Part shown: piece after piece, positions 8,655 to 18,419 of the stretch
Layout of the letters: the number at the start of each line of letters is the position of its first letter
How positions within the stretch are numbered: the stretch's first letter is position 1
Source of the DNA: Candidatus Latescibacterota bacterium
GTDB taxonomy: Bacteria; Latescibacterota; UBA2968; UBA8231
NCBI GenBank assembly: GCA_965200315.1
Contig: OZ241362.1
Coordinates: forward strand, 832,001 to 896,000
Reading direction: 5' to 3'
DNA length: 64,000 nucleotides
Translations under genes and position numbers: made by a program
Notes under the pieces: generated by a model
Told to the model about the DNA's origin: nothing
The model's input: only the letters and a program-made list of their open reading frames with translations
Database searches by the model: none

Positions 8655-8683
8655 TTGACAATGATACCCCGCTAAGCTAGCAT
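8655..8683 (+). promoter_or_regulatory. Putative sigma70 promoter of the ABC exporter operon
   Basis: TTGACA-17 nt-TAGCAT upstream of ATG 8700. Confidence 0.5.
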
Positions 8684-8699
8684 CTTTATACCCGACGCC

Positions 8700-9368
8700 A
8701 TGTTAGCTGCCCGTATCTTCAAAGCGGTGCTCGCGCCCGCCCTCATCTTGCTCCCCTCCCCCAACCCGGGCGTTGTGCGCGATATGGCCCGCGACATCGA
8801 TGCCTTGCAACGCGCCGAGTGCGAATACCGGGGCATTTCCGCCCGCTTCGACGAGCTGACCCGCGCCTATATCCTGCAAGCATACGAAGACGGCCAACTG
8901 GTCCGCTGGCAGGCCCAGCCCAGCCCCTACAATCCCGAGACCGAAACCTTGGTCACCGCGGTTTTTATCGCAGCCGGACCCAAGGCATCTGCTCCACTGC
9001 CCGAGCGGGTCCATCTCCGCGCCCAGCATGGGGCGGCAGGTGCCGGGGTCACTTGGCGTTACAGTAAGCTAGCGGCAATACGGGTCGCGCCCCACGGCGA
9101 CTTGGCCCGCGACGCCATGGCCGTGTTTAGAGCCACGGTCGACGGCTTTGTCGAGCGCATGGTGTACGCGCCCACCGGCGGCGCACTCCGCACGGCCCCC
9201 ACTCCCAGTGCCCCCGTGCTGACCCACGTCAATGCGGGCGCGGTCTTGCTCGTCGAGGAAGAGCGAGCGGGCTATGTCCGCGTACGCCAGCCGCCGGCTT
9301 CTGCGGTCGGATGGCTGGAAAGAAAGCACGTGAGAGTCGTTGAAAAAGCTGATGGACGCGATCATTGA
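8700..9368 (+). CDS. Exported protein with C-terminal SH3b-like domain
   Basis: Hydrophobic N-terminus. C-terminal ALRTAP...APVL..V..G.VL.V.EER.GYVRV.....VGWL is SH3b-like. Confidence 0.6.
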   Translation: MLAARIFKAVLAPALILLPSPNPGVVRDMARDIDALQRAECEYRGISARFDELTRAYILQAYEDGQLVRWQAQPSPYNPETETLVTAVFIAAGPKASAPLPERVHLRAQHGAAGAGVTWRYSKLAAIRVAPHGDLARDAMAVFRATVDGFVERMVYAPTGGALRTAPTPSAPVLTHVNAGAVLLVEEERAGYVRVRQPPASAVGWLERKHVRVVEKADGRDH

Positions 9369-10035
9369 AATACGCAACCTGACCAAGACTTACGATATGG
9401 GAACAACGGCGGTCCACGCCCTAAGCGAGGTGGACCTCTGCGTGGCCACGGGCGAATACGTGGCCATTATGGGGCCGTCGGGATCGGGCAAAAGCACCTT
9501 GCTCAATATCCTCGGCTGCCTCGACGTGCCCACCTCGGGACGGTACGCGCTCGGCAAGGTCCGCGTCAGCGAGATGGCAGACGACGACTTAGCAAGAGTC
9601 CGCAACGAGGAGATCGGCTTTGTCTTCCAAACCTTTAACCTCCTGCCTCGCGCCAACGCCCTCGGCAATGTCGAGCTGCCGCTGATTTACAGCGGCCTGC
9701 CAGTGCGCCAACGCCGCGAGCGGGCCGCCCGCGCCCTTGCGTCCGTGGGCTTGGCCGAGCGCATGGATCACCGGCCCAACGAGCTGTCCGGCGGCCAGAA
9801 GCAGCGCGTGGCCATCGCACGTGCGCTCGTCAACGAGCCCTCCATCATCCTCGCCGACGAGCCGACCGGTGCCCTCGACTCCCGCACCGGCGACGAGATC
9901 ATGGACCTCTTCGACCAAGTACACGCTGCGGGCAATACCATCCTCCTCGTGACGCACGAAGAGCACCTCGCCCGCCGCAGCCACCGCATCGTCCGCTTCC
10001 GCGATGGCCGCATCGAAAGCGATTGCCCAACGTGA
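9352..10035 (+). CDS. ABC transporter ATP-binding protein (MacB/LolD-like)
   Basis: [43 protein letters not shown] and VTHE motifs. Confidence 0.95.
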   Translation: MDAIIEIRNLTKTYDMGTTAVHALSEVDLCVATGEYVAIMGPSGSGKSTLLNILGCLDVPTSGRYALGKVRVSEMADDDLARVRNEEIGFVFQTFNLLPRANALGNVELPLIYSGLPVRQRRERAARALASVGLAERMDHRPNELSGGQKQRVAIARALVNEPSIILADEPTGALDSRTGDEIMDLFDQVHAAGNTILLVTHEEHLARRSHRIVRFRDGRIESDCPT

Positions 10036-11213
10036 AAGCCGTCTTGTGCGTCCTCATCCTTTGCGCCTGCCGGAGCGCACCGCCCGACCTGCCCACTGCC
10101 GAGGTCGTGCGCGGCGATTTTGCGGTGACGCATTTTGAGGGGGGCGAGGTGCGCGCGGCCAGCGGCGAAGTAGTGGCGTCGCCGCGCATTGGCGGCCGGC
10201 TCAAGATCGTTCACCTGTGGCCCGAAGGAGAGCAAGTGGATGTCGGCGATTTGGTCCTCCAGTTCGATCCGGCCGAATTTGAACGCGATATGCTCGACCG
10301 CGAGGGCCAGCTCGAACAGGCCCATTCCAACTTTGCCAAGGCCAAGGCCGAGCACGAGCAAAGCCTAGCCGATATCAAGCGCCAGATCCAGCAGCGGCAA
10401 GCCGAACTCAAACTCGCCGCACTCAATCAAGAACGCCAGCAGTTCGCCTCGACTATCGACCAAGAACAAGGGCGCATCAATCTGGCGAAGTCCCGGCGCG
10501 CCGTGGCAGAAGCACGGCAGGAATCCATAGCTCAGGAAGTGGTCAATCGCGTGGATTTTCGCAAGCACGAGCTGAACATCGCCCGTAGGCAGGAGCGCTA
10601 CGAAAGGGCGCGGCGCGACTACGAACGCACCAGCGTCTATGCGGCCAAACCAGGTATCGTAGTCTATCGCAAAATCTGGAAACCCGGTACCTCTGAGGAG
10701 GGCAAAGTAGCCGTCGGCGACCAAGTCTGGGGGGGCCGTGCCCTGCTCGACATCCCGGACATGAGCAAGATGCAGGTGCTGTGTCTGATCGGCGAAATGG
10801 ACATCGAGCGCCTGCGCGTCGGCCAGCGGGCTTATATCCGGCTCGAAGCCTTTCCCGGCCCGGTCTTTAATGGGGTGGTGTCCGAACTCGCACCCATGGC
10901 CTCGCCTCAGCCCGGCGCACCGGATATCCAAGTCTTTGAGTTAGTCATCGACATTGACGATCAAGACAACCGGCTCAAGCCCGGCATGTCGGCCGAGGTC
11001 GAAATCGTTCTCAAATCCATCCCCGAGGCTCTCTCGGTGCCGCTAGGTGCGCTCTTCAAGCGTGAGGATGGGCTAGTTGCTTTTCGCCTCGCCAACGGCA
11101 AATTCAAGGAAGTGCCCGTAGTGATCGGGCAAAAAAGCGCCACCGCCGCGATCGTCACCGCGGGCTTGGCCGAAGGCGACATCGTCGCCTTGCAAAACCC
11201 CAATGCGCACTGA
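10023..11213 (+). CDS. Efflux membrane-fusion (periplasmic adaptor) protein 1
   Basis: EG..V.VGD lipoyl half-motifs, long coiled coil, E.DI..LRVGQ, LKPGMSA. Start may be GTG 10032. Confidence 0.88.
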   Translation: MPNVKAVLCVLILCACRSAPPDLPTAEVVRGDFAVTHFEGGEVRAASGEVVASPRIGGRLKIVHLWPEGEQVDVGDLVLQFDPAEFERDMLDREGQLEQAHSNFAKAKAEHEQSLADIKRQIQQRQAELKLAALNQERQQFASTIDQEQGRINLAKSRRAVAEARQESIAQEVVNRVDFRKHELNIARRQERYERARRDYERTSVYAAKPGIVVYRKIWKPGTSEEGKVAVGDQVWGGRALLDIPDMSKMQVLCLIGEMDIERLRVGQRAYIRLEAFPGPVFNGVVSELAPMASPQPGAPDIQVFELVIDIDDQDNRLKPGMSAEVEIVLKSIPEALSVPLGALFKREDGLVAFRLANGKFKEVPVVIGQKSATAAIVTAGLAEGDIVALQNPNAH

Positions 11214-11228
11214 CGCGGAAGAGCTTTT

Positions 11229-12578
11229 ATGACACAGATCAAACGCCGCTGGTGGCGCCTTTCTCCGCTCTTAGCCCTCGTCCTAGGCGGAGCCTGGCTT
11301 GGTGAACACCTGATGCGCGAGGAAGCCGAATCCTCCATCCCTACCTATCCGGTCCAGCAGGGCGAGTTCGTCATCGAGCTCAAGCTCAAGGGCGGCGAGT
11401 TGGAATCAGTAGAGGCCGAAAACATCGTCGCGCCCCGCGTTCGCGGCCAGCTCAAAATCGTCGAGTTGTTTCCCGAAGGTGAGCAAGTCTCAGTCGGTGA
11501 CTTATTGGTGCAATTTGAACAGACGGATTTTCAGAAGCGGGTCATGGACGCCGAGCAGCAGGTCGAGTCCGCTAAGGCCGATTTGGAGAAAACGCAAGCC
11601 ACCCAAAAGGCCGAAATAGCCAAGCTCAAAGCCGACATTGCCAACGAGGAGGCCAATTTGCGCTTGGCCGAGCTACAGGTCGAGCGCATGGTCTTCGAGG
11701 CCACCGTGCAAAAGGAAGAAGCCGAGATTGAGGCCCACAAAGCCAAGCTTAGCCATCAGCAATCCATCGAAAAGCTGGCCTCGCAAAAGATCGTCAACGC
11801 CGCTGAAGTCAAAAAGCGCCAACTCGAAATCGAGCGCAACGAACGCGAGTTGGAAAAGGCGCACGACGAGCTGGCGAGCACGACCATCAAGGCCGAAAAG
11901 CCCGGTTTAGTCGTGTACGGCAAGGTGTGGAAAGGCGACCGACCGGAAAAGATCCGCGTCGGCGACGAGATTTGGGGTGGCGTCAACGTCATTTCCCTGC
12001 CCGACCTCTCCCAAATGCAGGTCAAAACCTACGTCAACGAGGTCGAGGTCGATAAGCTCGACACCGGCCAAGTCGCCACCATCAAGCTCGACGCCCTGCC
12101 CGAACCAACATTTCACGGCGAAATCAAGAGCATCGCCTCGCTCGGCCGCGAGAAGGAAGGCGAAAAAAGCGTCAAAGTCTTCGACGTGATCATCCAGATC
12201 GAAGAAGAAGATGTCCGCCTCAAACCCGGCATGACCGCCACCTGTCACGTCGTCGTCGAGACCATCCCACCCAAGCCGGCAGCCGCGCCAGACTCCGTGC
12301 AAAGCGAGGCCACCGGCGAGATCGCTACTGCCGAGCCCATGCCCCTTTACATCCCCCTAGACGCGGTCTTTGAGAAGGATGGGCGCACCCTCGTCTATCT
12401 TCTAGTGGATGGTCAGCCCGAAGAGCAGGAAGTGAAGCTCGGCCAGAAAAACGAGGACTTCGTCATCGTCGCAGAAGGGCTTGCGCCCAACGACCGCGTC
12501 ACCCTGCGCGATCCGCTCCAAGCGACCAACGCCAGTGGCCTCATGGAATCGGCCGACGCCTCGCCTCAGACTCACTAA
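11229..12578 (+). CDS. Efflux membrane-fusion (periplasmic adaptor) protein 2
   Basis: N-terminal TM, PEGEQVSVGD, coiled coil, LKPGMTA. Paralog of the upstream MFP. Confidence 0.88.
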   Translation: MTQIKRRWWRLSPLLALVLGGAWLGEHLMREEAESSIPTYPVQQGEFVIELKLKGGELESVEAENIVAPRVRGQLKIVELFPEGEQVSVGDLLVQFEQTDFQKRVMDAEQQVESAKADLEKTQATQKAEIAKLKADIANEEANLRLAELQVERMVFEATVQKEEAEIEAHKAKLSHQQSIEKLASQKIVNAAEVKKRQLEIERNERELEKAHDELASTTIKAEKPGLVVYGKVWKGDRPEKIRVGDEIWGGVNVISLPDLSQMQVKTYVNEVEVDKLDTGQVATIKLDALPEPTFHGEIKSIASLGREKEGEKSVKVFDVIIQIEEEDVRLKPGMTATCHVVVETIPPKPAAAPDSVQSEATGEIATAEPMPLYIPLDAVFEKDGRTLVYLLVDGQPEEQEVKLGQKNEDFVIVAEGLAPNDRVTLRDPLQATNASGLMESADASPQTH

Positions 12579-13822
12579 TGGATCTACGCGAAACCGCCTC
12601 TTTGAGCCTAGTCGGCCTGCTCTCTCACAAGCTGCGGACCCTGCTGACCATGCTCGGCATCATCTTCGGCGTGGCCGCGGTCATTGCCATGCTCTCCATC
12701 GGCGAGGGCGCCAAGCAGGAATCCCTCGAACAAATCCGTCAGATGGGCATCAGCAATATCATCGTCCAGCACTGGCAAAAAGAAGCCGACGAAGAAACCG
12801 AAGCTGACGGCGACCAGAATCGCTCTCCGGGCCTGACTTGGGACGATGCGCGGTCAATTGCCCGCATCTGCCTTTTGGCGGACTACGTCACCCCCCAGCG
12901 CGAGCTCAAAGCCAAAGCCCAAGCTCAAGATCACACCTTCCGCACCATGGTGGTGGGCACGACCCCCGACTATCTAACTGTGATCAACGCCCGCATGGGT
13001 AGCGGGATATTTTTTTCTGCTGAGGACCTGAACACCGCCAAACGCGTCTGCGTGTTGGGTGCAGACGCCAAGCGGGCGCTGTTCTTTTTTGACAATCCCT
13101 TGGGCGGCCGGGTCAAAATCCGCAACCAGTGGTTTACGGTCATCGGCGTGCTCGAAGACAAGGGCGCGGCCGGCGGCAAAATCGGCGGCGTACTCGAAGT
13201 GCGCAACACCGACGAGGACATCTACGTCCCGCTGACGGCCCTGCTCAACCGCTTCCACTGGGAGCCGGGCGAGGCCGAACTCACCCAAATCACCGTCAAG
13301 GTCTCCAACTCCGGCCAGTTGCTAGAGGCCGCCGCCATCGTCCGCACCATTCTCAACCGGCGGCATCGCGGCGTCGAGGACTTCAAGATCGCCATTCCCG
13401 AAGAGCTGTTGCGCCAGAGCCAGAAAACCCAGCAGATCTTCAACGTGGTCATGGGCTGTATTGCCGGCATCTCCCTGTTGGTCGGCGGCATTGGCATCAT
13501 GAATATCATGTTGGCCTCGGTGCTCGAGCGCACGCGCGAGATCGGCATCCGCCGCGCCTTGGGCGCACGGCGACGCGACATCCTCTCACAGTTTTTGGTC
13601 GAATCGCTGTTGGTCAGCCTAATCGGCGGCCTGATTGGGGTGGTGCTGGGCTACGCCATCCCGGAAGTAATCACCCTGTACGCGGGCTGGCGCACCATCG
13701 TCCAGCCTTGGACGATTGTCCTCGCCTTTGGGGTCTCGGCCGCGGTCGGCATTGGTTTTGGCATCTACCCGGCCCGCCAAGCCGCCCTCCTCAACCCCAT
13801 AGACGCCCTGCGCTACGAATAG
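12578..13822 (+). CDS. ABC transporter permease (MacB/FtsX family)
   Basis: R..LTMLGIIFGVAAVI, ISLLVGGIGIMNIMLASVLERTREIGIRRALGA and PA..AA.LNPIDALRYE motifs. Confidence 0.95.
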   Translation: MDLRETASLSLVGLLSHKLRTLLTMLGIIFGVAAVIAMLSIGEGAKQESLEQIRQMGISNIIVQHWQKEADEETEADGDQNRSPGLTWDDARSIARICLLADYVTPQRELKAKAQAQDHTFRTMVVGTTPDYLTVINARMGSGIFFSAEDLNTAKRVCVLGADAKRALFFFDNPLGGRVKIRNQWFTVIGVLEDKGAAGGKIGGVLEVRNTDEDIYVPLTALLNRFHWEPGEAELTQITVKVSNSGQLLEAAAIVRTILNRRHRGVEDFKIAIPEELLRQSQKTQQIFNVVMGCIAGISLLVGGIGIMNIMLASVLERTREIGIRRALGARRRDILSQFLVESLLVSLIGGLIGVVLGYAIPEVITLYAGWRTIVQPWTIVLAFGVSAAVGIGFGIYPARQAALLNPIDALRYE

Positions 13823-13884
13823 CTTTTTGACGGCAGCCGCAGCCTGACCTTACTTACTTACCCACCTGCAAGCGAGGAGGTCGC

Positions 13885-14073
13885 ATGATCCGCTTTAAGA
13901 AAGAAGCGATCGAACAGATGCTCGAAGAACGCAAACCCGAAATCAACCTGACCACCTATCAGCACATCAAAAAGGCCATCGACCAAGGCACCGAAGGCAT
14001 GGATCCGTACACCCTGTCCAATATATGCCGAGATCTCAAGTGCCTGCCCACTGACATCGTCGAATATGTCTGA
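13885..14073 (+). CDS. Small Cro/C1-like (YozG/HTH_26-like) protein
   Basis: Strong RBS GAGGAGG. C-terminus TL..IC..L.C.P.DIVEYV resembles the YozG-like Xre family. Confidence 0.6.
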   Translation: MIRFKKEAIEQMLEERKPEINLTTYQHIKKAIDQGTEGMDPYTLSNICRDLKCLPTDIVEYV

Positions 14074-14097
14074 GGGCCTCCTAGCCAGCGCATTCCC

Positions 14098-14454
14098 ATG
14101 CAGGCCCTAGGCCGCCATTTACTCGTCGATCTCTACGGCTGCAACCGCGCACGGCTCGACGACCCAGATTATATCGCAGCCGAGCTACAGGCCGCAGCCC
14201 AAGCGGCCGGCAGCCGCGTCTTGGGCACGGCATTCCACCGCTTCAGTCCGGGGGGAGTTACTGGCGTACTCATCGTCCAAGAGAGCCACTTGGCCGTTCA
14301 CACCTGGCCCGAGCGCGGTTATGCCGCCCTCGACCTGTTTACCTGCGGCCACCAGACAGATCCGTGGGCAGCCTATCAACGGCTCCGGTGCGCCTTCGGC
14401 GCGACGCAAGACAATGTAGTGGAAGTCAGCCGAGGATTGTGCGCGGGCGAGTGA
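14098..14454 (+). CDS. speD: S-adenosylmethionine decarboxylase proenzyme (pyruvoyl-dependent)
   Basis: LG.HL..DLYGC, H.F.P.GVTG, ESH.AVHTWPE.GYAA.D.FTCG (E-S autocleavage site). Confidence 0.9.
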   Translation: MQALGRHLLVDLYGCNRARLDDPDYIAAELQAAAQAAGSRVLGTAFHRFSPGGVTGVLIVQESHLAVHTWPERGYAALDLFTCGHQTDPWAAYQRLRCAFGATQDNVVEVSRGLCAGE

Positions 14455-14479
14455 GGCTCCTCGGCTACAAAAGTGCGGG

Positions 14480-15370
14480 CTATCCCTCGCCCTCTAACAT
14501 GCTGCGCAAGTAGCGCCTAAACGCCTCGGCGCGACCTTCGACCACGGCCTGTAGCTGGAGGATTTCCTGCTGGCGCGCCTTCAGCTTGTGAATTTTCAGC
14601 GCGACTTCGGCAATCGACGATTCGAGATCAAATTCGGCCAAGGACTCGTCTTGCGTGAGCAACCGCACCTGCTCACGCGGCTGTTCTCCACTCACCAAAA
14701 TCCGCTCCCTAGGCCTCTGCACTTTGGCCCGCTCCTGCTCTACCCGGGCGCACAGCCGATACTCGGCTTCCAAGCGACGCAGCAAGCCGGCGTTGGCACT
14801 CCATGCGGCCTTGAGGCGGTCGGCGATGTCCTCCAATAGCTCTTGCTTTTGCTGAATTTCGTCCGGCCCGTCTTCTACCTCGATTTTCATCTGTTCGCTG
14901 TAGTGCAGATTCGCGCTGCGGATCCCGACCCCGAGTAGTTCCCGCGCCTCTTGATAGAGCGTCAGTTGGGCCGACAGGCCCCGGTCTGGTTCCTCGGCCA
15001 ACTTCTGGATCAGTACGCCGATTTCCCAGTCGTAAGCAAGGCACAAGTGCTCGGCCACACTATCCTGCCGCGCCTCTAAAGCTACCAATTCCCAGTCGAT
15101 CCCGACCATGCGCTGCACCAACCTGAGCGAGTAGCGTAGGGCTGAGTGCAGGGCTGCGGAATTTTCGGCACTCAGCTTTAGGCTATCAATGCGGGCCGAC
15201 AGCGCTTCGGCTTCGGCCGCAACCCGCAAGCGCTGGCTGGCAAGGGAATCGCGCTGGCTTTCCAAGGCGCGATATTGGGCCTTTAGGTCGCCTAGCTCGC
15301 TCGAATCCCCATGCACAGATCCGGGCAGCGCCAACCCCAAGGCTAATAAAAGAATGGAGGTATTTCTCAT
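14480..15370 (-). CDS. Secreted coiled-coil protein of unknown function
   Basis: Signal peptide MRNTSILLLALGLALPGSVHG and extensive heptad-rich helices. Third gene of the HK-RR operon. Confidence 0.65.
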   Translation of the reverse strand: MRNTSILLLALGLALPGSVHGDSSELGDLKAQYRALESQRDSLASQRLRVAAEAEALSARIDSLKLSAENSAALHSALRYSLRLVQRMVGIDWELVALEARQDSVAEHLCLAYDWEIGVLIQKLAEEPDRGLSAQLTLYQEARELLGVGIRSANLHYSEQMKIEVEDGPDEIQQKQELLEDIADRLKAAWSANAGLLRRLEAEYRLCARVEQERAKVQRPRERILVSGEQPREQVRLLTQDESLAEFDLESSIAEVALKIHKLKARQQEILQLQAVVEGRAEAFRRYLRSMLEGEG

Positions 15371-15372
15371 TG

Positions 15373-16827
15373 CTAATCTAGACCGTATTTGTCGAGCTTG
15401 TAGTATAAAGCACTCGTCTTGATCCCCAAAAGCGAAGCCGCCTTGGTCTTGACGTGATGCGCTTCCTCCATCGCCCGAGCGATTAGGTCGCGCTCCACCT
15501 CGTCGAGGCGCTCGTTGAGTAGCAAGCTCCCGGCGTCGGAGGCTTCCTCGTTGAGCACCCCCTCGTCAGCCATTTCCTCGTCAAAGGCCAGCGGCAGATC
15601 GTGGTAGCCGATTTCCTCGCCATCCACCAACACCATCGTGCGCTCAATGATATTTTCCAGTTCGCGTACATTGCCCGGCCACGGGTAGCTTTTCAAGCCG
15701 GCTAGGGCTTCTTCGGTTAGACGCTTGGGCAGGATGTTCATTTCCCCACATTTTTTTTGCGTAAAGTGTTTCACCAACAGTTCAATGTCTTCTCGCCGCT
15801 CCCGCAACGGCGGCAAGGTGAGGGGGATGACCTCCAGCCGATAGAAGAGATCCTCGCGGAAGGTGCCTTCTTCGACCATGCGCTTGAGCGGCCGGTTGGT
15901 GGCCACCACCACCCGCGCATCTACGTCGAGCGGTTGCTCGCCTCCCACGCGGTCGAACTGCTTTTCCTGCAACACCCGCAACAGCCGAACTTGGGTCTCC
16001 AAAGGCACGTCGCCGATCTCGTCTAAAAAAATCGTCCCGCCCTCGGCCAATTCAAACTTCCCCTTCTTGCTCCGCACCGCACTGGTAAAGGCCCCGCGCT
16101 CGTGCCCAAATAACTCGCTTTCAACCAGCCCCGTCGGCAGGGCACCACAGTTGACCTTGACGAACGGGCCTTTGCTGCGGCTGCTCTGGTAGTGGATGGC
16201 GCGGGCGACCAACTCCTTGCCGGTGCCGCTTTCCCCGTAGATGAGCACCGACGACGATGACGACGCCACTTTATGCACTCGCTTGCGCACGGCTTTGATC
16301 TGCGGAGACTGGCCGACGATCTCGCCGAAGTTGTAGCGGCTGTCGATCTCTGCGCGCAGGTAGCGGTTCTGTTCAAATAAGTGCTCCCAATCCCGCAGCT
16401 TGGCCTCTGCTTCCCGATGGAGAATTTGGGCTTCCCGCAATTTGGTTTGGGCTTCCCGCAGTTTGGTTCGATAGTCGAGCCGCTTATTGACCTTCAGCCA
16501 CAATTCGTCGGGCAGGAAGGGTTTGACTATAAAGTCGATCGCCCCCCGCTCCATCGCCTCTACAGCCAACTCCCGGGTGTCGTAGGCCGTCATCATCATC
16601 ACGTCGGTGTCCGGTACTTGGCGCTGTACCGCCTCCATCACCGCCAAGCCGTCCATCTCCTCCATGCGGTAGTCAGTAATGACCAAGTCAAAAGGCTCGT
16701 CCTTCATCCGCGCCAAACCTTCGCGACCGCTCCCTACGGCAACGGCTTGATGCCCCATTTTGTTCAAGCTCAGCACCAGTCCATCGCCGAGGCTTTTGTT
16801 GTCGTCGATAATCAGAATCCTGCCCAT
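15373..16827 (-). CDS. Sigma-54-dependent NtrC-family response regulator
   Basis: REC domain (ILIIDD, D, KP), GESGTGKE, ESELFGHERGAFTSA (GAFTGA variant), FLDEIG, WPGNVRELEN and Fis-type HTH. Confidence 0.93.
   Translation of the reverse strand: MGRILIIDDNKSLGDGLVLSLNKMGHQAVAVGSGREGLARMKDEPFDLVITDYRMEEMDGLAVMEAVQRQVPDTDVMMMTAYDTRELAVEAMERGAIDFIVKPFLPDELWLKVNKRLDYRTKLREAQTKLREAQILHREAEAKLRDWEHLFEQNRYLRAEIDSRYNFGEIVGQSPQIKAVRKRVHKVASSSSSVLIYGESGTGKELVARAIHYQSSRSKGPFVKVNCGALPTGLVESELFGHERGAFTSAVRSKKGKFELAEGGTIFLDEIGDVPLETQVRLLRVLQEKQFDRVGGEQPLDVDARVVVATNRPLKRMVEEGTFREDLFYRLEVIPLTLPPLRERREDIELLVKHFTQKKCGEMNILPKRLTEEALAGLKSYPWPGNVRELENIIERTMVLVDGEEIGYHDLPLAFDEEMADEGVLNEEASDAGSLLLNERLDEVERDLIARAMEEAHHVKTKAASLLGIKTSALYYKLDKYGLD
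16391..16474 (-). repeat. Four degenerate 21-bp tandem units encoding heptads in the REC-AAA+ linker
   Basis: Units starting TCCCG on the + strand at 16391, 16412, 16433 and 16454. Protein KLREAQT-KLREAQI-LHREAEA-KLRDWEH. Confidence 0.75.
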
Positions 16828-18275
16828 AGTACTCCATCTTTGGACTGCGGCAGGCGCAGGCGGCACACCGTGCCTTCGCCTTGCCGACTGTCTATTTCGA
16901 TCCGGCCGCGGTTTTCCTCAACCGCCCGCGCCACCAGCGCCATACCCAAACCCGATCCCTTCTCTTTGGTCGTAAAGAAAGGCTCAAAAAGGCACTTCTG
17001 CACCTCCTCCGACATACCTGAGCCATCGTCGGCCACCTCGACGATGACCTCCCCACCGTCGGCAGTGGCCCGCACTGACAGGTGCCCGCCATCGCGCATG
17101 GCTTGGACCGCGTTTTTCATTAGGTTGATCAACACCCGTTCTATCTTCCCGCCATCAATATACGCTTCCAAATCGGGTGCTACGTGTATCTCGTACTGAA
17201 TACCTGCTTTCTGCATTTCCGGTGCCAGCAAAAAGGCCGCGTCGGCCACCAGCGACGCCAGTGCCGTCGGCTGCGGCTGTAGTGGTGCCGGGCGAGCGAA
17301 TTCGAGGAACTCGGAAATTACGCGGTTGAGCCGGCGCACTTCCCCGATGACCTTCTCGATGTGTTGCTTGCGCTCGTCGCCAGCGGGCAAGTCGCCGGCG
17401 ACGAGGCCGGCGTACAGTTCAATGCTACCGAGAGGGTTGCGGATTTCGTGGGCAACACCGCCCAGCATAAGGCGCAGTTGCGCGTCGCGGGCAACCAGCT
17501 TGCGCCGCATCTCCTCCATGGTCTCGCCCAAATAGCCGATTTCGTCGTCGGACGCGGTGGCCACCTCTTGGTTCATGTTGCCCTGGCCGATTTCGCGCGC
17601 AGCCTCGACCAGCTTTTGAATGGGCCGCGTCAGCGTCCGCGCCAATCCCCACGCCACCCCGACGGTGAGCAACGCACCCAGCCCGGCAAAGATCAGCACC
17701 GACCGCCCGAAGATGCGGATGGAGTCCACAAACCCGGCCCCGATCTCAACCCCGACGGCTGCGACGACCTCGCCGTCGTGAAAGATCGGGGCGTAGCCCG
17801 TCATGTACGGGATATCGCCGTCGTAAAAAAGCACCGAATGCGCGGTATAGCCCTTCCAAACTCGCTCTAGTTCCCGGCTGTCGAAGAGCAGTTTGGGGTA
17901 CTCGCGGCCAATGGGCATTAGGCCATCGGTGTCGAGCAGCGAGCGGTACTGGCGGTCGAAAACGAAGATATGCCGGGCACCAACCCCTTGTTCGGCGCGC
18001 TGCAATTTACCCACCAAGGTCCGGTAGAGATCGGAGTGCTCGCGGCCCGGGTGCATGAAGCGCAGCACGCTACCGGACAGGTTCGTGCTCACCAGCGTGG
18101 CAACCGATACGAGATGGTCGCTCATCTGCCGCTCCAAGCTGCGGTCCGTCAGCTCGAAGAGCACCCAACCCGATAGCCCCACCACGACCATGACCAGCAG
18201 CACGAAGCTCAAAATCAGCTTGTGGCCGATCCGCGTCCGCGGACGTTCTCCGGGGGCGGACTTGCCCTTGGTCAT
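16812..18275 (-). CDS. Membrane sensor histidine kinase with HAMP domain
   Basis: Two TMs, HAMP (TRPI..L..AA..IG.G...DEIG.L), H-box GVAHEIRNPL, N/G boxes NL.KNA, DDG.G, FFTTK..GSGLG. Start uncertain (18275 or 18302). Confidence 0.92.
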   Translation of the reverse strand: MTKGKSAPGERPRTRIGHKLILSFVLLVMVVVGLSGWVLFELTDRSLERQMSDHLVSVATLVSTNLSGSVLRFMHPGREHSDLYRTLVGKLQRAEQGVGARHIFVFDRQYRSLLDTDGLMPIGREYPKLLFDSRELERVWKGYTAHSVLFYDGDIPYMTGYAPIFHDGEVVAAVGVEIGAGFVDSIRIFGRSVLIFAGLGALLTVGVAWGLARTLTRPIQKLVEAAREIGQGNMNQEVATASDDEIGYLGETMEEMRRKLVARDAQLRLMLGGVAHEIRNPLGSIELYAGLVAGDLPAGDERKQHIEKVIGEVRRLNRVISEFLEFARPAPLQPQPTALASLVADAAFLLAPEMQKAGIQYEIHVAPDLEAYIDGGKIERVLINLMKNAVQAMRDGGHLSVRATADGGEVIVEVADDGSGMSEEVQKCLFEPFFTTKEKGSGLGMALVARAVEENRGRIEIDSRQGEGTVCRLRLPQSKDGVLWAGF

Positions 18276-18419
18276 TTGGACAGACTCGACAAATTGACGC
18301 ATCCTATGTTGGTAATGTACCGTCTCGAAAAAAGACGAACAAGCGGAGTAATGGTTCTCGCCGACTCGCACTGTTGGGCTTAGACGCCAACTCAACCTCT
18401 TTTAAAAAAGGAATACCCC

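Noticed and set aside
18340-18390. yybP-ykoY (Mn) or NiCo riboswitch upstream of the MbnP-like gene
   Set aside because: GCGGAGUA...AGACGC resembles one loop of yybP-ykoY, but the enclosed sequence is too short for the other helices, and the NiCo consensus segments are absent.
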